A stretch of DNA of 64,000 nucleotides from Patescibacteria group bacterium. GTDB taxonomy: Bacteria > Patescibacteriota > Microgenomatia > Levybacterales > UBA12049. Of this stretch, positions 60,213 through 64,000 are shown one piece after another (within the stretch, counting starts at the first letter, position 1; each line of letters starts with the position of its first letter). The notes beneath the pieces are model-generated. The model was not told where the DNA came from. It saw nothing but the letters and a program-made list of their open reading frames with translations, and did no database searches. The position numbers and the translations under genes were made by a program. The stretch covers positions 777,226 through 841,225 of the forward strand of contig BPJB01000001.1 of NCBI GenBank assembly GCA_026004395.1, written 5' to 3'.

Positions 60213-61157
60213 TTAATCTGAAGTTGCTTCTTTGAATGCTTCTTTTTCTTCTTTAAGTGTTTCTCTATATTTCTTTGCTGCCTCTTGCGCTTCTTTTATT
60301 GTTTTACGAACCATCTCTAGCTGTGCCTCACGCTGGTTTTTCAACTCTTCAAGACGAGCTTTTTGCTGTTGTAAACGTCTCTCTTGTTCAGTCTTGATTT
60401 TTTCTTTTTGTTGCTTCACCTTCTTCAATGCTTCTTCCCTCTTTTTAAGAGCTTGGGCTTTCTTCTCTGCTGCTTTACTTGCCATCTTCTGATAAAGCTC
60501 TAACTTTTTCTCAAGTTTGGCAGCTGATGAAGATACACCCAAGACTGCCTGATCCAGATCCTCTTCAAGAATTATAGCAATCTCATCCTCAACACTCTCA
60601 GATGGCAAGACTTCTCCTGCTATTAATTTAGCTTCCAGTAAGAAATCCGCTGCTGCTGCTAATTGTTTACCATATCCTGTATCCCCAGCCTGCTCGGCAA
60701 CATTGCGTACTATTTCTCTATAGCGATTGAGTGTGGAGTTAATTTCTTGCGCTAACTCGTCGACATTTTTACCTTGTGCTGCTGCATCCAACAATTCTCT
60801 TGCTGCTTGATAAGATTCGGAAACCAGTTCATTAAGAGCAAGAGTTATTGCGTATTGATTATTTCGAGACGTAGCTACACGAAGCTCAGCTAGTCTCTCA
60901 CCTGCTATCTGCGTATGTAGTTTTGCTTTATTCTCTGCACTAAAAACAAGTATTGTCCTAAGATATTGATATACTTTATCAAGTGGATAGAGTGGGCTAT
61001 CAGGAAGTATGATACCAGGACCTGATGTAATTTGAGGAAAATCAATATCCCTTGCCTCTAATGTATCTCCCAAAACCTCTTGATAATGATATGCTGCAGC
61101 GGAAGAAAAACTCCAAGAAAAAAGCACCAGAAGAATAATAATAGAGATTAATCTCAT
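60213..61157 (-). CDS. Secreted coiled-coil protein (DUF5667-like)
   Basis: 314 aa. N-terminal signal peptide, central alpha-helical region, C-terminal K/E-rich coiled coil. Confidence 0.4.
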   Translation of the reverse strand: MRLISIIILLVLFSWSFSSAAAYHYQEVLGDTLEARDIDFPQITSGPGIILPDSPLYPLDKVYQYLRTILVFSAENKAKLHTQIAGERLAELRVATSRNNQYAITLALNELVSESYQAARELLDAAAQGKNVDELAQEINSTLNRYREIVRNVAEQAGDTGYGKQLAAAADFLLEAKLIAGEVLPSESVEDEIAIILEEDLDQAVLGVSSSAAKLEKKLELYQKMASKAAEKKAQALKKREEALKKVKQQKEKIKTEQERRLQQQKARLEELKNQREAQLEMVRKTIKEAQEAAKKYRETLKEEKEAFKEATSD

Positions 61158-61305
61158 ACTTTGATTGTGAAATCAACTTACTGAGTTGTCAAGTATGCGC
61201 TTTTGCATCTTGCCAAATCAATTTATCATCTGAACGCCAATATCAAATAATAATACTAAAATCTGCACTTGTGATTTTTCTAAAAATTATGTTACCCTAT
61301 TCTGT

Positions 61306-61755
61306 ATGACAGCTACTGGCCATGCTATTTTGGGAGTAAGTCTTGCTGCAACTATATCTGAACCGATGATAGGAATACCGCTTGCAATTATTTCTCATGT
61401 GGCTGCCGATGCTTTCCCTCATTGGGATACAGGAACAAACATGAGAAAAAAAAGCAAAGAAGAATTTATGGTTGGATCATTTATTGACGTTGGATTTAGT
61501 CTCATCTTACCTTATTTTCTCTTTTATTATCTTTTCCCATCAGTAAATCTTGTCTATGGCTATACAACAGTAATTGCTGCGCAAGGACTGGATTGGGCTA
61601 CTGCACCCTATGTATTTTTGAAATGGAAATTTCCCCCTTTTACATGGGTATATAATCTCCAAAAATCATTTGACCATCGCCTTGATAAACCATGGGGAAT
61701 TATTACTCAAGTATCAATACTTCTTCTTTTCCTTATCCTTGCTTATATTCTTTAA
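61306..61755 (+). CDS. Hypothetical integral membrane protein
   Basis: 149 aa ORF with 3-4 predicted TM helices. Confidence 0.3.
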   Translation: MTATGHAILGVSLAATISEPMIGIPLAIISHVAADAFPHWDTGTNMRKKSKEEFMVGSFIDVGFSLILPYFLFYYLFPSVNLVYGYTTVIAAQGLDWATAPYVFLKWKFPPFTWVYNLQKSFDHRLDKPWGIITQVSILLLFLILAYIL

Positions 61756-61793
61756 TTCTTGTTTCTTGGTGAATCACTTTCTATACTACTCAT

Positions 61794-62747
61794 ATGGATC
61801 AACAATCTGGTAGTAATCCACTCCAAGAGCTTGCATCCCAAACCGAAATTAATCCTCGTGAACTGAACGTACCTCACAAACTTCACCATTTTTTGACAAA
61901 AAAAGTTATTATATTTGGTATCGCCTTTTTGATTATCATTATCCTTTCTCTTACTGGCACTTACTATGCATTGCAAATGGAACAAATAAAGAATATTCGC
62001 AAAGTTCCACCATCTACCTCTACTCCAACACCTACTACTGATCCCACTGCAAACTGGAAAACGTATCAAAATAGCGAATATGAGTTTTCTTTCAATTATC
62101 CCAGCAATCTAGTTGTTCAAGAAGAAAAAAAAGAAGAGTATAATATTATCAATTTATCGAGTGCATATAAGCCGCCCTTCTCGGACCATGTAAGTATTAG
62201 ACTATTAGTTTATCCTGATGTTGAAACTGGTCTAAAAGTATGGATTGATAAATACGTTATTCAGGAGTTACCAAGCGGAAAAAGGGGCTCAATCGTATCT
62301 GGAGAAATTAGTTCTTATAAAAATGGAATAATTAATGGCTACTCATTTATTGGTGGAAAAAAATCAATGGATAAATATATCGTCTTCAAAGAAAAAAATG
62401 ATATCTATGTCGTTGTTCTAACTGGTGCAGATACAGGTAGTAGTTATAAAGATAACAAAAAAGCTGAATCCTTACTCGATCAAATCCTCTCAACATTCAA
62501 ATTCTTCGATTCTTCTCCAACGCCAACGTGCATTCCCCGACCAGCATGCTTGGATGCTACCCCTCCTTGTCTAATCCCAGAAACCAAAGAAATGTGTCCT
62601 AAATCAACTCCAACACCTTCAGCTTCCTTCCCATCTTTTGGAGATGATCAGGTAGTCTGCGCAATGGATGCGAAACAATGTCCAGATGGAAGTTTTGTCG
62701 GAAGAACGGGTCCTAACTGTGAATTTGCTGCCTGCCCTGGTAATTAA
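61794..62747 (+). CDS. Hypothetical membrane-anchored protein with Cys-rich C-terminus
   Basis: 317 aa. TM helix near residue 40, PT-rich linker, C-terminal CxxxxxC-rich tail (PTCIPRPACLDATPPCLIPETKEMCPKS...CAMDAKQCPDGSFVGRTGPNCEFAACPGN). Confidence 0.3.
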   Translation: MDQQSGSNPLQELASQTEINPRELNVPHKLHHFLTKKVIIFGIAFLIIIILSLTGTYYALQMEQIKNIRKVPPSTSTPTPTTDPTANWKTYQNSEYEFSFNYPSNLVVQEEKKEEYNIINLSSAYKPPFSDHVSIRLLVYPDVETGLKVWIDKYVIQELPSGKRGSIVSGEISSYKNGIINGYSFIGGKKSMDKYIVFKEKNDIYVVVLTGADTGSSYKDNKKAESLLDQILSTFKFFDSSPTPTCIPRPACLDATPPCLIPETKEMCPKSTPTPSASFPSFGDDQVVCAMDAKQCPDGSFVGRTGPNCEFAACPGN

Positions 62748-64000
62748 TTTTTTTTAATATCCTCTAATCTCCACGCTGCAAAATCACAATTGGGATAATT
62801 CGAACAGCCATAGAATCGTCGTCCTTTGCGCGTCTTCTTGACAATAATTTGTCCCCCATCCTTAGGGCATCTCTGCTGCGTCTCCTCTACAAATTGCTTC
62901 GTATACCTACATTGAGGAAACTTATTGCAAGAGATGAACTTCCCAAATTTTCCTATTCTTATTACTAATTCTCCCCCACATTCTGGGCATTCTTCTCCTG
63001 TTTGCTCTACTGCAATTTTTACTCTTTCAGCATCTTTTACCTGATCAAGTCTTTTTTCAAAAGGTCCATAAAAATCTTTCATCATACTAATCCACTCTTT
63101 TTGTCCTTGTGCAATTTGATCAAGGCTATCCTCCATCTCTGCTGTAAAAGGAATATCATCTATGTCATCAAAATTACTCACCAAAAAATCGTTAACAGCT
63201 ATACCGATAGGTGTAGGAACAAATCTCCTATCAAGACGCTCAACATATGCACGATCGACAAGCGTAGAGATGATTGATGCATAAGTTGATGGACGACCTA
63301 TTCCTTTCTCCTCCAATGTAGCGATTATTGAAGCATCGTTATAACGCGGTGGGGGTGGCGTTTCGTGTTCTTGTGAATATGCTTTCTTCGTCTTCAAACT
63401 CTCACCAACGCTAAATTTTGGCAATTTATTATCCTGAAGTGCTTGCGGATTGATTTTAAGGAATCCGTCAAAAATAAGAACCGATCCTGAAGCTTTCATG
63501 CGATATGTCTTCTGTTGATCAGTCGAATCCGCAAATACTACTGTGGATTCGATAAGGGCATCTGACATCTGCGATCCAACTGCTCTTCTCCAAATAATCT
63601 CGTATAATTTAGCACATTCTCGTCCAAGAGTCTTCTCAACTGTTGCTTTTTGACCAGAAAGAAGTGAGTCAAATTTTGTTGGGCGTATAGCCTCATGAGC
63701 TTCTTGTGCTGATTTTTGTTTTGTTAAATAAATTCTAGGTTTATCGGGCAAATATTTTTCTCCATATTCTTTTTGAATAAAGGATCTAATTTGCTTTATC
63801 GCAACAGGTGAAAGAGTGGTCGAATCTGTTCGATGGTAAGTAATATAGCCTTCTTCATACAGCTTTTGGGCAAGACTCATTGTTCGTTTTCCTGAATAAC
63901 CGAAACGACGCGATGCATCCTGCTGAAGTGTTGATGTTGTGTAAGGTGCGAACGGACTTTTTTTCACCTTTTTTTCAATCACATCAGCAACAATAAATCC
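62744..64000 (-). CDS. topA: DNA topoisomerase I (C-terminal part, gene continues beyond window end)
   Basis: Topo IA core segments (SPFAPYTTSTLQQDASRRFGYS, LYEEGYITYHRTDST) followed by C4 zinc ribbons (CPECGGELV...C; CPKDGG...C). The reading frame stays open upstream to position 64000. Confidence 0.85.
   Translation of the reverse strand, partial: GFIVADVIEKKVKKSPFAPYTTSTLQQDASRRFGYSGKRTMSLAQKLYEEGYITYHRTDSTTLSPVAIKQIRSFIQKEYGEKYLPDKPRIYLTKQKSAQEAHEAIRPTKFDSLLSGQKATVEKTLGRECAKLYEIIWRRAVGSQMSDALIESTVVFADSTDQQKTYRMKASGSVLIFDGFLKINPQALQDNKLPKFSVGESLKTKKAYSQEHETPPPPRYNDASIIATLEEKGIGRPSTYASIISTLVDRAYVERLDRRFVPTPIGIAVNDFLVSNFDDIDDIPFTAEMEDSLDQIAQGQKEWISMMKDFYGPFEKRLDQVKDAERVKIAVEQTGEECPECGGELVIRIGKFGKFISCNKFPQCRYTKQFVEETQQRCPKDGGQIIVKKTRKGRRFYGCSNYPNCDFAAWRLEDIKKN

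Overview
This is a low-GC, gene-dense bacterial window with short intergenic spacers and mostly minus-strand housekeeping operons. Several hallmarks suggest a Candidate Phyla Radiation (Patescibacteria)-like genome. EF-Ts is short, S2 carries a lysine-rich tail, ProRS has no editing domain, many hypotheticals are membrane-anchored, the 16S rRNA is solitary (no 23S or 5S in the window), and the 16S 515F primer site is divergent. Recognisable content includes uppS, cysS, corA, recR-ybaB-dnaX, prs, ybeY-rpsU, proS and a complete oxidative pentose-phosphate trio (gnd, zwf, pgl). It also includes rseP-frr-(unknown gene in the pyrH slot)-tsf-rpsB and a tight thymidylate-synthesis cluster (glyA, SAM-MTase, folA, thyA, dut-like, tmk, dcd). 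tRNA-Ile(GAT), tRNA-Cys(GCA), a 16S rRNA, UDG family 4, a SpoU methyltransferase and a partial topA complete the list. The most interesting accessory content is a putative non-cellulosomal cohesin-dockerin surface assembly system (41.0-46.0 kb). It has two large vWA-domain proteins ending in near-identical dockerin modules, one of which also carries a cohesin-like domain, plus a small membrane-anchored cohesin protein. Other notable regions are a tandem pair of Cys/His-repeat membrane paralogs next to two cupredoxin-like genes (21.6-24.9 kb), and an accessory block of Tat-like-signal proteins with a 950-aa Cys-rich Cna-B/SdrD-B-repeat adhesin (26.3-33.2 kb). There is also an ATP-grasp ligase operon with two FemAB/BioF2-like paralogs (55.6-58.6 kb) and a divergent gene pair carrying beta-carbonic-anhydrase CxDxR...HxxC motifs around a palindromic inverted repeat (46.7-49.1 kb). 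No CRISPR array, transposase or integrase was seen.
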